Counted from the whole stretch's first letter, positions 1 to 14,663 are shown. The stretch is 63,697 bases of DNA, filler included, from Octopus bimaculoides (GCF_001194135.2; 3 parts of 3 records of this genome joined end to end with filler, not necessarily neighbours in it), one strand, 5' to 3'. A program made the numbers and translations. Notes: generated by a model not told the origin, from the sequence alone.

Positions 1-203
1 CCTAGACCATTTTTCATTCTTTTTCTTTTGGTTATTTGATGACGAGCATGGATGGCCATCTGTTGGAATATTCCGGTTGTGGGGTACTTCCAGCTCCTGT
101 GTGTCGGGAAGATTTGAACCAGTAGCAGATTTCTCGTCTCGGATCTGGTTCATTATCCGAGTAAGTGGTCCTTTATAATCCGGCCTATGACCATTCCGGT
201 TTA

Positions 204-204
<1 letters not shown>

Positions 205-248
<44 letters not shown>
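205..248. repeat. (ATT)n microsatellite at the 3' end of the R4/Dong-like fragment
   Basis: Direct reading of the sequence. Confidence 0.95.
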
Positions 249-249
249 G

Positions 250-940
250 TATTTTTTCTTCTTTCTTCAAATTTTCTTCCTTTTCTCGCCGAATGTTTTC
301 GGTACACCTAGGGCAGAGAAGCTCATTGTATGCATTCCCAGATTACACACGCAAATTCACAGGTAAAATATGTATTAAAAACAAAAAAAATAAATAAATA
401 AATTCATGAATGGATGTTGTTTTCACAGCAATAATGCTCTTCTCAGTCCATGAGTCGTTCCAGTTAACACGATGTTTTGCACTTCCTGTAGAGATGGTAA
501 GACTGGTATCATTTTCAAATAGGTTTCAGTACCTTTTCTTTTTTATCATTCCTAGAGATCCCCAAATCACTGGTACGGTAGTCGCCTTGAGATGCCACAT
601 TTTTTCAATTTCTATTAGCAAGTTTTTATATTTACTGATCTTATCAAATTCTTTCGCCGCTATATTGTGATCACAGGGAATACTCATGTCAATTAATAAA
701 CACATCTTTTTTTATAGTTTTTTTCGGTTTGTACGGAGAAGTCCCAGAGAATTGACACATTTTCTCCCTCAGTCACAGCTTCAAGATGGTATTTATACCA
801 TTTGTCAGCTGCTTTGATTTTATAATGCCGACATATTGTGCAGTGTAAATACTGGCCGTCTCTGTCATGCTTTGCTTTATATTCTACAGGTGCTAAGAGT
901 CTACACCCTGAGATTAGGTGGTCGAAAGTCTCAATCTCAT
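250..940 (-). mobile_element. 3' fragment of an R4/Dong-like RLE non-LTR retrotransposon (degraded)
   Basis: Minus-strand translation ETFDHLISGCRLLAPVEYKAKHDRDGQYLH...WDFSVQT (C-terminal half of the CCHC knuckle plus the region before the RLE domain) and C-terminus IVLTGTTHGLRRALLL* (stop at 423-425), with frameshifts and stops. Followed by a 3' UTR ending in an (AAT)n run at about 205-248. Confidence 0.75.
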
Positions 941-954
941 TATTATTATTATTA

Positions 955-1012
<58 letters not shown>
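941..1012. repeat. (ATT)n microsatellite
   Basis: Direct reading; produces the poly-N and poly-L runs in the ORF track. Confidence 0.95.
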
Positions 1013-1013
<1 letters not shown>

Positions 1014-1535
1014 GAGTGAGAGAGCAGTGCATGAAATCAAAGTGACAATGGAGTAAAATATACAAAGCCCAATATACCCATCATGACTACCCGTCTGATA
1101 AGAGTACACCAGGCACAATGGATGACACCCTTATGTGCGCAACATAATGATCATATATCAAGATAAACAACGCATGACCTTGCAGGTGGGGCTCAGTTAG
1201 AATATTCTTCGGGTTGAGTACCCCATTCCGCTCAAAAGGTCCCTGAATAAGTGTTGTCTAAGAATGATGAACGAAGCACCCATGTTTTCAGTCGTGAATC
1301 ATCCGAACCCTAAATAATTCCTCTCAACACATGGCTATGATGTTTCTCCACTATTTCTGCTCATGATCAGAGATGTACATATCGTCAACCACCAATGGAC
1401 ATGCTGAACTGGTAATGGTCAAGCAAATGACAAGCAAATCTGTAGTATTGAGCAGAATATTTGCTGTGGCCTATCTTTTATACTAAGAGAAATCAATGTA
1501 CATGATAAAACTTCCAATTAGTTAAGATCAAAGGC
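1013..1535 (-). mobile_element. Probable unclassified interspersed repeat ending in an (AAT)n tail
   Basis: Higher-complexity, more GC-rich block that abuts the AAT run and truncates the R4-like ORF. No coding motif recognised. Confidence 0.35.
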
Positions 1536-1996
1536 CATACATTTTCAGCTTAAAATTTTTATTTTTGAATTGAGACATTTTTTATTTATTTTATTAAATT
1601 TTTTGTTATTTTTTCAGTTTTTTTCTCTAACTTCACTCATCTCCAATCTTTCTCTCTCCCTTTCTCCCTTTATCATCAGGGTACTGTTAACCTCACGTTA
1701 GCAATGATCAGAACTGTGATGAAAACCATTCCGGCTGTGACCATGTGACCATAATGTTATTATTTTTATATTTAATTTAACCATAGGTTATTTTATTTAT
1801 TTTCTTTCTAATTACAACCAGCTGAGTACCGACGCAGAAACGTTCTTATTAATGATTATGAGAACTTGCTTGAGACTGCCTTCTGTTCTATAATACAAAC
1901 TTCCTCTTTTAAAGTAATCTAAATTAAAATCTTCCAGCAAAATTTCATATTAATTTATATTCCACACACCAGTTTTATAATATTTTATTTGCAAAC

Positions 1997-1997
1997 T

Positions 1998-2058
<61 letters not shown>

Positions 2059-2092
2059 GATGATGTTGATGATGATGATGATGATGATGATG

Positions 2093-2159
<67 letters not shown>

Positions 2160-2200
2160 GACTACTACTACTACTACTACTACTACTATTATTATTATTG
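1997..2200. repeat. Compound trinucleotide microsatellite (CTA)n-(GAT)n-(AAT)n-(ACT)n-(ATT)n
   Basis: Direct reading. Confidence 0.95.
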
Positions 2201-2655
2201 CTCTTTTATTATTTTAAAAGCTTGAAGCAGCGGTATGAAATATTCTTTCTATTATATTTGACTATAACTATTTCACATACACTCACACGCACATAGACGC
2301 ACACACGCGAGAGAAAGGAGATGTTTGTCGTTTAAATGACCATTAATATTTCGAATGTTGTACGTCAACGGTAATGAGAAAAAATTAACAATTATCCTTG
2401 CATCAACAGCTGCAATGCCCATGTCGTTATCATTGTAACATATTTCAAAACTGTTTCTAATTGCTGTCAGTGTCCGATTCTTTCATCATCACCAATAATC
2501 ATCATCACCATAATTACCATCATAATTATTGTGATCAACATCTTTCGTCGTCGTTGCCATCGTCAACGTCACCGTCGTCTTGGATGAGCGTCGTTAATAT
2601 CTTGATCTCAATTTCCATCATCATCCTCATCTTCATCAATGTCACAACGTATAAT

Positions 2656-2687
<32 letters not shown>

Positions 2688-3458
2688 TATCATTGTCGTT
2701 ATCATCATCGTCATTGTCATCATTATTTTCATACAATCCCTTATCATTATTTGTAGTTCTCAACTTCATCATTCCATCCATCACTAAACATTTCCTGTGC
2801 GCTTGGAGTATCAGAAATGTATTTTCAAATGTTTATTTATTTTGCTGAGATATTTTGCCACTACACGTTCTAATAATAATGTACCAGATTTGTTAAAACT
2901 GTGATTATAAAGATATTATTAACAGCTATTGTTAACAGCTACTTTCAACAGCCATTTATTTTTTAGCAATTCTTAACTGATTACAATGTTATAACGCCTA
3001 ACTTTATCGTTTACTCAAGTTATTTTCTTCAAACAAATATACTCAGGTGTGTCTCAGTTAATAGAATAATGTGAAATTAAATAAATATTGGTTGAAACAA
3101 TGAACATTTCAGTTTCAAATATTTCAAGGAAACCGCTGTATATAAAGTTGTGCTCCTCATAAGATATTCAATGCTCTGAGAAGTGTAGGTTTACCAACAG
3201 TATATATGGAGCCTTGTTTGTGAAAATGCGAGCGAATTGAGATACCATTAATTAGTTCAGTTGAAACCTTCTTATTCTTTAATACACAAAAATATATATT
3301 GAAATTGTTCCGAGGGAATTCTAAGTCGTTCTCAGTTAAGGAAGAAATATTTGGCCAAACTTGAATTGAAACAATCATATTTGGTGCGTTTAGAACACTC
3401 CTTTAATTCAACCAAAACATTGAAGATTTCGACATAGTTGCACCCGTAATTTTATGTT

Positions 3459-3545
<87 letters not shown>

Positions 3546-5287
3546 NNNNNNNNNNNNNNNNNNNNNNNNNNNNNNNNNNNNNNNNNNNNNNNNNNNNNNN
3601 NNNNNNNNNNNNNNNNNNNNNNNNNNNNNNNNNNNNNNNNNNNNNNNNNNNNNNNNNNNNNTGAATGAAAAACAAAAAAGGAAAATGGAGAAATTGAAAA
3701 GCAGACATCAGTTTATATACAAAGAGATGTGGGTTCGTGTCCCACGCGTACAGGAACAACCTATTTTTCTCAGTCGAGAGCTTATATGGCTCATTATTAG
3801 ACTATTTTCTTTAGTCATTGCACGGTGATCGCTTAAAAGCTTTAAGCTAATAAAATATTATTATTATTATTATTATTTACAGAATTGTAAAACTCGACGC
3901 TACTTAACAAGAACCATCGTAGTAAATGAATGTGCGTGTGTTTGTGTTTGTGTGTGTGTGCGTGTGCGTGTGTGTGTATGTGTATGTGCACAACAAAATT
4001 ATTTCGTTATTTTTTATTATTCCAAGAAGTAATTTTCTACTATTATCACGATTAAGACAGCGGGGTAGCAGAATTGTTAATGCGTCGAACAATAAGCTTT
4101 GCTTTTATCCTTTGGAGTAGATAAGACAGCACTATTTAAGTTCTGAGATTGATGTAATCAACTAGCGGCATCCAACTAGAATTGGGTACCTTGTACCAAA
4201 ATTTGAATCTATCATTAGTGTTGGCACCTTACTGAGTTCATATACCACCAAGGTTATTTTCACCTTTCATGCTATCGACGTGGCCAAACTAAGTACCATT
4301 TAAGCACTGAAATAGATGAAATCGACTGACCACACAAGCTATAAAATTGCTGACCTTGTGCCAAACTTATTGTCATTATTATTATATAAGACTGTATATC
4401 ATTTTATAACTTTTCAAGAATTGTTTAAGATAAATCACGAGAACACGACGTTATATCTCGGTTCTCTAAGTGCCAATGCCCATAACTACGTAAAGTCTAT
4501 GATCCCACAGACATGACCATTTCCTTTTCTTTTTTCTAATTTGCTAATTTTTCATGTACGAATTAAACATATTTGGGAAAGGTACACACTGCGTGCTTAC
4601 ATGAATGAAAATAAAAAAAAAGTATTGTTCAACAGAATTATACATTAAGTTAAGTGTACTCTGCACAACATGTAAAATATTAGTGCTGTTGTAAGCAAAA
4701 TACATTTAAAGAGGAATAACATGCAACTATTTCTGTCGACTAAACAGTTTAACTTTATTCCATTGAGACAATGCAAAAGTTAGTAATTAACTCATGTTTT
4801 AAAGTAATTTAAAGAAGAAATCAGCTGAAGACACTTATCACCTTCAGGATAGGAAAAAAAATCTTGTCAAGTAAATGATTTTCATGAATCAAACACAGTA
4901 AACAAATGAATATTAAAAACGAAATTGCAAGCTTGCAATATATATATTTTGTTTTTGTCTATGCTTTGTTTATTACCAGTCTTGGTTTGTTTTAATTTTT
5001 TGTCCATTAGATACATTTTGTTTGTTTTGTTTTGGCTAAATGTGGGACCTGGCGTAACCAAACATTCAATATAATATAGTCGTGTAGTTAATTCAAATGC
5101 CGACAGTTCAGCGTCACAGGAACGTAAATGATTGCTTAATAGGATTTTTTTCTTCCTCAGCTAATTTCCAAAGATTAAGTGGTGCATTGCTCACTGATTA
5201 GAATAATCACAACTATTTTATCAAAGGAATCACCTGAAAGTATTTTTTTTCATTACCATCAGAAAAAGTGGTATTGGTGGCGGTGTA

Positions 5288-5289
5288 GT

Positions 5290-5369
<80 letters not shown>

Positions 5370-5370
5370 A
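5288..5370. repeat. (CTA)n microsatellite
   Basis: Direct reading. Confidence 0.95.
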
Positions 5371-5509
5371 GAAAGTACTTTACTATCTGTTTTATGATGT
5401 TTTGTATATTGCGTTCGGGTGTATTGCATTTAGGATTTTCGTGCATTCTGTGTATTTTTGTCCCTTAAACATAATTTAAGTGTTTTTCTTTAAATATTTA
5501 TTATATGAG

Positions 5510-5543
<34 letters not shown>

Positions 5544-6319
5544 GATGATGAGGGTTGAGGTAGTATTGGAACTTTTAGTTTCAAGATGTTTTATATCTAT
5601 ATTGTATCTGATATTTTTCTTCTCATCATTTTTAAAGTTATTTTAAGTGATTTAAAAAAACTTGCTTATTATTTTAGACTACCACAACTACTATCGTCTT
5701 TCACTAAAACTTTCTTTTTTTAATCTAGAGATAGAATGTTTTTAAAAGCAAAATATGTACCTACTTTCCGTCTTAATGGTAGAGATACCGATGAATATAT
5801 CGTTCTGCCCAATTATATCTTAACGAAAAATGAAAGAAACGCAACTCACACAATGAAAAAATGTAAACATTTTTAAAAATCAAAACTCTTTTTTTTTTAA
5901 TGTAGAAAATTTATTTCCCGGCAAAAAGAAATAAAATGTCATAAATTTGCAACAAAGTTTGATGGTGTCACAAGAATTGTTATATTACGGGTAAACAAGA
6001 CAAAAAATCTAGATAGAACAGAAAGATAAGAAAATAAATTTAAGAGCGAAGCTTGTGAAACTCGCAAAAATTAGTGAGTTGTAGAAAATGAGAAGTAAAA
6101 AGATTGAGGTGTTAAAATTGTGATGGTGTTAGCGGAGGCGGTAGGGGCGATGGTGGTAGTGGGGGTAGTGGTGGTGTGTAATGATGGCAAAAATAAAACG
6201 GAGGTGATGAAAAACTGAGAGTAGTAGCGCTAGGAATGACGATGTGACGAAGAACGATAAAGTGTGAAACACATACACACGGACAGCTGAGTGTGCATGT
6301 GTGAGTGTATATATATATG

Positions 6320-6358
<39 letters not shown>

Positions 6359-6898
6359 NNNNNNNNNNNNNNNNNNNNNNNNNNNNNNNNNNNNNNNNNN
6401 NNNNNNNNNNNNNNNNNNNNNNNNNNNNNNNNNNNNNNNNNNNNNNNNNNNNNNNNNNNNNNNNNNNNNNNNNNNNNNNNNNNNNNNNNNNNNNNNNNNN
6501 NNNNNNNNNNNNNNNNNNNNNNNNNNNNNNNNNNNNNNNNNNNNNNNNNNNNNNNNNNNNNNNNNNNNNNNNNNNNNNNNNNNNNNNNNNNNNNNNNNNN
6601 NNNNNNNNNNNNNNNNNNNNNNNNNNNNNNNNNNNNNNNNNNNNNNNNNNNNNNNNNNNNNNNNNNNNNNNNNNNNNNNNNNNNNNNNNNNNNNNNNNNN
6701 NNNNNNNNNNNNNNNNNNNNNNNNNNNNNNNNNNNNNNNNNNNNNNNNNNNNNNNNNNNNNNNNNNNNNNNNNNNNNNNNNNNNNNNNNNNNNNNNNNNN
6801 NNNNNNNNNNNNNNNNNNNNNNNNNNNNNNNNNNNNNNNNNNNNNNNNNNNNNNNNNNNNNNNNNNNNNNNNNNNNNNNNNNNNNNNNNNNNNNNNNN

Positions 6899-6974
<76 letters not shown>

Positions 6975-7248
6975 TATAAACATAGATATATACATACATG
7001 CATCCATACATATGTATGAGCATGTCTAGATATGTAATTATACGCAGAAGAATACATACATAAAACATACAAATCTGCACATACATACATGCATACATGC
7101 ATGCATACATACATACATACATACATACATACATACATACAAAAATACTCTTTTGTTGATATTGAAATTCCAATGAAGGAACCTTGGATCTAGGTTAGAA
7201 ACCGGTTTTTTCTCTATTGGCAAGAAATCTTGAAATAAACTGAATAAT

Positions 7249-8640
7249 GATGGCATTGATGAAAATATATCATACCAAAGTATTGTGAATAAGAATAGAG
7301 TGACCCTAGAATATTACACCAGACTAAGAAAAGTTTGTCAGTTTGAACTATTCTCTTACCACAAGACAATATCTCACAATGTAATTACAATACCAGTGCT
7401 GTTTCAAACTGGTCTGCCTAAGAAATCCATTCCATAGACATTAAAATCTGCCATTTCAACTGCAAATCTCCACAAAAATAGTGATATCGACAGGAACTAA
7501 CTGAAAAGCTATAAAGGAGGTCGGGGCCTGAGATCAGTGCAGACAGTTTTGAATGTCGGATAGTCTATCTCAAACAGTACTTGCTAAACAACAGCGGCGA
7601 AGTGAATACCTTAACTTAGTGCTGAAAATGAAAAAAAGGGATATCCTACCTGTTGGAAATGAGCTCCTCAGGAAGTACTCTCTTTCTGATGACATCCCAT
7701 ACAACCGTAAATTACCTGAACTACCATATCTCAGAGAATACCTGAAGCTGAAACGCTCAGCATACCGAAATAAGAACATGCATAAATATGTTTCTTGTAG
7801 ACTTGAAGAACATAGTAAAATTCACATGAAGCGAAGCCTTTCTTGGATTCGTGACCGCTACATCACATGACACTTCGTTGGCTATACATTTGCAATCTAA
7901 GAACAGGAGATTGCTACAAAATATCTAATCAACGAAAGAGACACTGAAGTCCTTGGAGTACAAAGATGCAACTGCAAATGTAGATAATGTCATATTTCTG
8001 TGGAAGACATCACACATATGATAAGCCGCTGCACAAAAGTGCCATCAAGGAACTACCTCCTTATGCGACATGGTTTCGGAAAACCAATATACAATGCCAT
8101 TCGGAAAACAAGACTGTCGTGGAATAAACGTGGAGTATCCTTTCTGTTACTGAATAGACACACAAATACCAGCACAAAAAATATTGGTAGAACATTCTCA
8201 TCAAACATCAGTCAAGTGTAGGCATAACAGGGTAGATATTGTTGTTTAGGTCAGACAAGAAAACGTATGTACCACCATAGATGTCAGCTGTCCTGCTAAT
8301 GTGAATATCTAATTGAGATCAGAGTGAAAGAAGATAACTATGGACAGTTGCTTCGAAACCTCGAGTCTCTATAAACGGATTCTGAATTTAAATTTACACC
8401 AATAATAATTGGACCAATTGGTTTTGTAAGTAAATGCCTAACTGTCAGTCTGGATATGTTTAAATTTTCAGAAAAAGAAATCAACCAATTGATTCGCACA
8501 TTACAAATACAACCTGTAAGTGTTACAGTAAACCTATGCAAGACTTTTCTCAAGTTTAAAATGTGATATTGTTTTCGTCATCTACATTCCAAAGATAGAG
8601 TTTGTATCTTTGTTAGAAACCAGCTCCTTCTTTAGAGGAA
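7249..8640 (+). mobile_element. 5'-truncated, degraded R4/Dong-like RLE LINE (end of RT, CCHC knuckle, RLE)
   Basis: Frameshifted translation includes GIDENISY, GGRGLRS, EQEIATKYLIN, knuckle CKCR*CHISVEDITHMISRC, IDVSCPANVNI, DNYGQLLRNLE..., and ends KTFLKFKM* at about 8565. Confidence 0.8.
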
Positions 8641-8836
8641 GGATTTAAATGATTAAATACAGAAGAGACATACAGACATTCTGAAACCATTCTGCAACCA
8701 TTCTTGTCAAGTCCATATTATCAGGTTGCAAGAAAGAGACAGGCCAAGTTTCACTATAATGTATATCACAAACATAATTATCTTGGCAATAGCTGAATAT
8801 ACGTTATGCGAATTATGTGTTGAAGAACCATGTGTA

Positions 8837-8873
<37 letters not shown>

Positions 8874-9197
8874 TTTAATATTTATTTCAGACTTAACGTA
8901 TTCTTTATCAACATCTTAAATGTCTTCTTTTATTACTTCAAAATGTTTCTTTAGGAAATGATATATTATTGTAATTCCAGGATGCAATGGATTAAAGTTT
9001 AATGGATTTCTTATTTTTTTCAGAATTTGGCTCAAGGATAACGCTAAAATTATTGGGGAATTTATAATTCGGATTATACATGCATACATGCATACAAAGA
9101 AAATACACACACACACATATATATATACACATATACATACACATCTATATATATATACATGTATACATATATATATATATATGTGTGTATATGTAAA

Positions 9198-9234
<37 letters not shown>

Positions 9235-9236
9235 AG

Positions 9237-9268
<32 letters not shown>

Positions 9269-10059
9269 GCATATACGTTTTTATAAACTTGAGCGCGTGT
9301 GTGTATGTGTATGTGTGTGTATGCATGTGTAATGTATAAAGTTTGGAAAGTAATGATGTGCATTTTTTTCTCCATCCAGTGCGTTATAATCTACAATTTA
9401 TTAAATTTTAATATATGTTTAGTAAACAGATATTTGTTTTATGTGGTCAATATTCCCACATCGTATGTCATTAAATTCTTCATGTAGCTCGTTTTCGGGT
9501 CAGCTCTTCTATAACAAGCAGTCGACCTGTTCTTATTGCTAGCTAAATCCGTTTCACTTAAAACTGAGGATAGAAAGCAACCATTTTCCACTATTAACAT
9601 TTACAACTGAGTAGGTAAGAGCAAAGGAAAAATCTATAAATGAGTACCATCTTAGTGATGGGCTAGTTCTGTCATATACATATAAATATCTACATAAACT
9701 CAAGCCACATTTAATTGACCCAGGGTTTAAATATATGATACTACTAGAGTTACGCTTCTGAAAATACGATGATTCAAGAAGTTTGTATAGCGTGCCGTGT
9801 ACCGTGTATTTTCAAGTAGTATTTCAACGTGAATGATTGTGTTCAGATTGCATGATAGTTTGGAAATATGTGACGCTCTACATCAACATATCGGATCATT
9901 ACATTTTCAGAAGCATAAAACGAGAAATAGCTCGAATTTAAATTTTAAATATATAAATTGATATAGTGTACTAGATGGAGTACGTTTTTGTTAGTCCTCC
10001 CATTAAACGAACAGTACGTCATATACATATACTTACATACATGTATATATGTCTGTATG

Positions 10060-10132
<73 letters not shown>

Positions 10133-11145
10133 ATATATATATATNNNNNNNNNNNNNNNNNNNNNNNNNNNNNNNNNNNNNNNNNNNNNNNNNNNNNNNN
10201 NNNNNNNNNNNNNNNNNNNNNNNNNNNNNNNNNNNNNNNNNNNNNNNNNNNNNNNNNNNNNNNNNNNNNNNNNNNNNNNNNNNNNNNNNNNNNNNNNNNN
10301 NNNNNNNNNNNNNNNNNNNNNNNNNNNNNNNNNNNNNNNNNNNNNNNNNNNNNNNNNNNNNNNNNNNNNNNNNNNNNNNNNNNNNNNNNNNNNNNNNNNN
10401 NNNNNNNNNNNNNNNNNNNNNNNNNNNNNNNNNNNNNNNNNNNNNNNNNNNNNNNNNNNNNNNNNNNNNNNNNNNNNNNNNNNNNNNNNNNNNNNNNNNN
10501 NNNNNNNNNNNNNNNNNNNNNNNNNNNNNNNNNNNNNNNNNNNNNNNNNNNNNNNNNNNNNNNNNNNNNNNNNNNNNNNNNNNNNNNNNNNNNNNNNNNN
10601 NNNNNNNNNNNNNNNNNNNNNNNNNNNNNNNNNNNNNNNNNNNNNNNNNNNNNNNNNNNNNNNNNNNNNNNNNNNNNNNNNNNNNNNNNNNNNNNNNNNN
10701 NNNNNNNNNNNNNNNNNNNNNNNNNNNNNNNNNNNNNNNNNNNNNNNNNNNNNNNNNNNNNNNNNNNNNNNNNNNNNNNNNNNTATTTAAAGTATAAAGC
10801 TTTGTATGATTATCACACATTCTCTGATATTAAAATGAAAATGTTAAAAACAGTGTATGAAAATACACATATGGAAAAATACATATACATATTCTTATAC
10901 ATATTCTTTGACAATAAAGTTGAAGAGGAACTGACCTGGCTTTTTCCTCTTGTGTATATTGAGGGAATGTTTTACTGTCTTAAGAGACAGTATGACTGGC
11001 TAGCTGGGGTGGGAGGGAAGAAGAGTTAAAAAGGATTTTTAAATTTTATTTTTGGTTGGTCTGTGACAGTCTGTCATGTTTCACTGTTTTTTGGGAATGA
11101 TTTTGTGCACATCTCTATGTGTGTGTGTATATATGTGTGTTTGTG

Positions 11146-11194
<49 letters not shown>

Positions 11195-11254
11195 CGTTTT
11201 TATTGGTCCCAGAGTGTGTGTGCGTGTGTGTGTATGTGTGTATGTGTGAACCAT

Positions 11255-11830
11255 CACACACATACGTTTGCTTACACACACACACACACACACACACCAC
11301 AAGGATATTTAAAACAACACACCCACTCAGACAGAGAGACACACACACACTCCCACACTCACACAAAACACTCCCACGCACACACACAGATGCACACATA
11401 CATACACACACATACGCACACATACGTACACACCCTCACACATACATACGGTTGCTCTCACACACACACACCACAAGGCGATCAAATATACGCACACTCT
11501 CACGTACACACACCTAACATCCCCACCGATGGTTCATACGGTTGCTTACACACACACACACACCACAAGGGTATTTAAAACAACACACTCACTCAGACAC
11601 AGAGAGAGACACACACACTCACGTACACACACACTCCCACACTCACAAAAAACACTCCTACGCACACACACAGACGCACACATACATACACACACAGACG
11701 CACACATATGTACACACCCTCACACATACATACGGTTGCTCTCACACACACACACACCACAAGGACGATGAAAACAACACATACATACTCAGACAAAGAG
11801 ATATACGCACACTCTCACGTACAAATTGGA
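11255..11830. repeat. Higher-order CA-rich tandem repeat (about 275-bp dimer built from CACACCACAAGG / CATACGGTTGC modules)
   Basis: The anchors 'cacaccacaagg' (about 11295, 11468, 11560, 11755) and 'catacggttgc' recur within degenerate (CA)n. Confidence 0.7.
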
Positions 11831-13131
11831 AAAAAAGTTGGTTGCCTTAATTTTGGGACACCCCCCCACACACACACACGCACACACACACACATGCACA
11901 CACACACACACACACAAGTTTCTGGCTGAATATTNNNNNNNNNNNNNNNNNNNNNNNNNNNNNNNNNNNNNNNNNNNNNNNNNNNNNNNNNNNNNNNNNN
12001 NNNNNNNNNNNNNNNNNNNNNNNNNNNNNNNNNNNNNNNNNNNNNNNNNNNNNNNNNNNNNNNNNNNNNNNNNNNNNNNNNNNNNNNNNNNNNNNNNNNN
12101 NNNNNNNNNNNNNNNNNNNNNNNNNNNNNNNNNNNNNNNNNNNNNNNNNNNNNNNNNNNNNNNNNNNNNNNNNNNNNNNNNNNNNNNNNNNNNNNNNNNN
12201 NNNNNNNNNNNNNNNNNNNNNNNNNNNNNNNNNNNNNNNNNNNNNNNNNNNNNNNNNNNNNNNNNNNNNNNNNNNNNNNNNNNNNNNNNNNNNNNNNNNN
12301 NNNNNNNNNNNNNNNNNNNNNNNNNNNNNNNNNNNNNNNNNNNNNNNNNNNNNNNNNNNNNNNNNNNNNNNNNNNNNNNNNNNNNNNNNNNNNNNNNNNN
12401 NNNNNNNNNNNNNNNNNNNNNNNNNNNNNNNNNNNNNNNNNNNNNNNNNNNNNNNNNNNNNNNNNNNNNGATGCACACATACATACACACACATACGCAC
12501 ACATACGTACACACCCTCACACATACATACGGTTGCTCTCACACACACACACACCACAAGGACGATGAAAACAACACATACATACTCAGACAAAGAGATA
12601 TACGCACACTCTCACGTACAAATTGGAAAAAAAGTTGGTTGCCTTAATTTTGGGACACCCCCCCACACACACACACGCACACACACACACATGCACACAC
12701 ACACACACACACAAGTTTCTGGCTGAATATTGGCTAATTAGCTGGATGTCTTATTTTCGTACTGGCGAGACTATAATATCTATGGCTACATCATCATCAC
12801 AGCTATCATCAAAAGCACCATCATCATCAACATTATCATAAACAGAAACATCATCGTTATCATCACCATCAGAAGCAAAACCGTCTCCCGATACTAAATA
12901 AATATATAGTTAATATCTTAATTGCTTCTCACTAACATATTAACTTCGTCAACTGGGTATCTTAGTGAATTAAACATAACTTAAAATATTTATTAGGTCC
13001 TCTTACAAAACATATGCTCAGGAAATGATACATATGTCTGTGCAAGTTAAGACTTTGCGTATGTATACGTGAGTTTGCGTGTGCGCGTGTGTGTGAGTGT
13101 GACTGTGAGAGAGAAAGAAAGAAAGAAAGAG

Positions 13132-13169
<38 letters not shown>

Positions 13170-13755
13170 GAAGAAATAAAGAAAGAAAGAAAGTGAGTGA
13201 ATATTCTACAGTTGCTTGCTTCAATCAAGTGTGCTAATAGAGCAATGTATGCGCGTGTACTTATGTCTCAATATGTACATACATACACACATATACATAA
13301 TATGACTGTATGTGTGAGAGAGGGGGAGAGAAGGAGAGTGAGAAAGGGTGCGTGTGTTTGTTTGAAAACAGCAGGACATGTTGTTTTCAGATTATGAAAC
13401 TGGCTGAGATATGTAAATTTAATTGATCACCATTATTAATCTGCTGTTCATTTATATGAAATTACTTCAAAAAGTTAGTAACACGTTCAAAAGTCACATT
13501 TTTTATTGCAACATACATCATATTCCAGAATTGTTTCCAAGTATACATCGACATTTTAAATATATTTTACCGTTTTAATTCGATATAAATGTAATAAAGT
13601 AATTAATAAATTTTTCTGAAACAAAGCACCTGGTTTGTAGATAATAATTCTCTCGATTATAGACAGAAACACGAAATTGAATATAAGTCACAAATCACAA
13701 GTTTTCGTCCTGGAGACCAACACCTTCTCAGAAATTGTACACTTAACCAAACAAT

Positions 13756-14070
<315 letters not shown>

Positions 14071-14071
<1 letters not shown>

Positions 14072-14136
14072 TGGTTAAGAGCACGGGCTACTAACCCCCA
14101 AGATTCCGTGTTCGACTCCAAGTAGTGACCTGAATG

Positions 14137-14177
<41 letters not shown>

Positions 14178-14355
14178 TATTATTATTATTATAATAATAA
14201 TAACATTGAAAAATACCTTAGGAATGAGAACCCAAGTTCGGAGTTTCCCCAAGACACCTGATGAAGGCTGGAGGGCTTATCAGCCGAAACGTTGTGTTAA
14301 CAACAAACAAGATGAGGACAAATATCCGTCAGATGTAAATAAGGTAAATAATAAC
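14071..14355 (+). mobile_element. tRNA-derived SINE copy with (AAT)n spacer and an intact hammerhead motif (right arm of inverted pair)
   Basis: Partial tRNA-like head GTGGTTAAGAGCACGGGCTACTAACCCC with B-box GTTCGACTC (14110-14118), then an AAT run, then a conserved tail containing the hammerhead motif. Confidence 0.85.
14254..14297 (+). ncRNA. Minimal type I hammerhead ribozyme motif (Penelope pLTR-like)
   Basis: ACAC(14254-57) CTGATGA(14258-64) A GGCTG(66-70)-loop-CAGCC(81-85) GAAA(86-89) CG TT GTGT(94-97). Stem I is ACAC/GTGT, stem II is GGCTG/CAGCC, stem III is the palindrome ACGT, and the NUH site is GUU. Activity untested. Confidence 0.7.
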
Positions 14356-14660
14356 CAAACAATGTATGGTCAAAAACAAATATTTTAACTAGATGGTAGT
14401 AGTACGGCATACAAACAAAAGTAACAGCAATAGTAATAACAGCAACAACAATATGAACAAGAGGTCATCAACAACAAGAGCAGCTTCAAAGTGGATTCAA
14501 TATATAAACATAAGAATCGTATTAGAATACAGTTAAGAATGGACGTCAATAATAATAATAGTTGTTAATTCATTACTTATAAAATAATTATGGAGCAGAG
14601 AACAAATTTAAGATGTACCAGTTGGTGAAGTAAAATGTATGTAACTATTGCACTCTCACT

Positions 14661-14663
<3 letters not shown>

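Noticed and set aside
2060-2848. Poly-I/M/S/H/L ORFs (also 5179-5446, 19105-19370, 59868-60377)
   Set aside because: Translations of simple repeats, not genes.
6112-7173. Long ORFs spanning N runs (also 9975-11029, 41257-42563, 52910-53999, 62449-63165)
   Set aside because: Open only because of X codons and TA/CA microsatellites; no protein signal.
11700-12734. Near-identical approximately 240-bp blocks on both sides of the 11935-12469 gap
   Set aside because: Typical of overlapping contig ends that failed to merge; cannot be called a real duplication without long reads.
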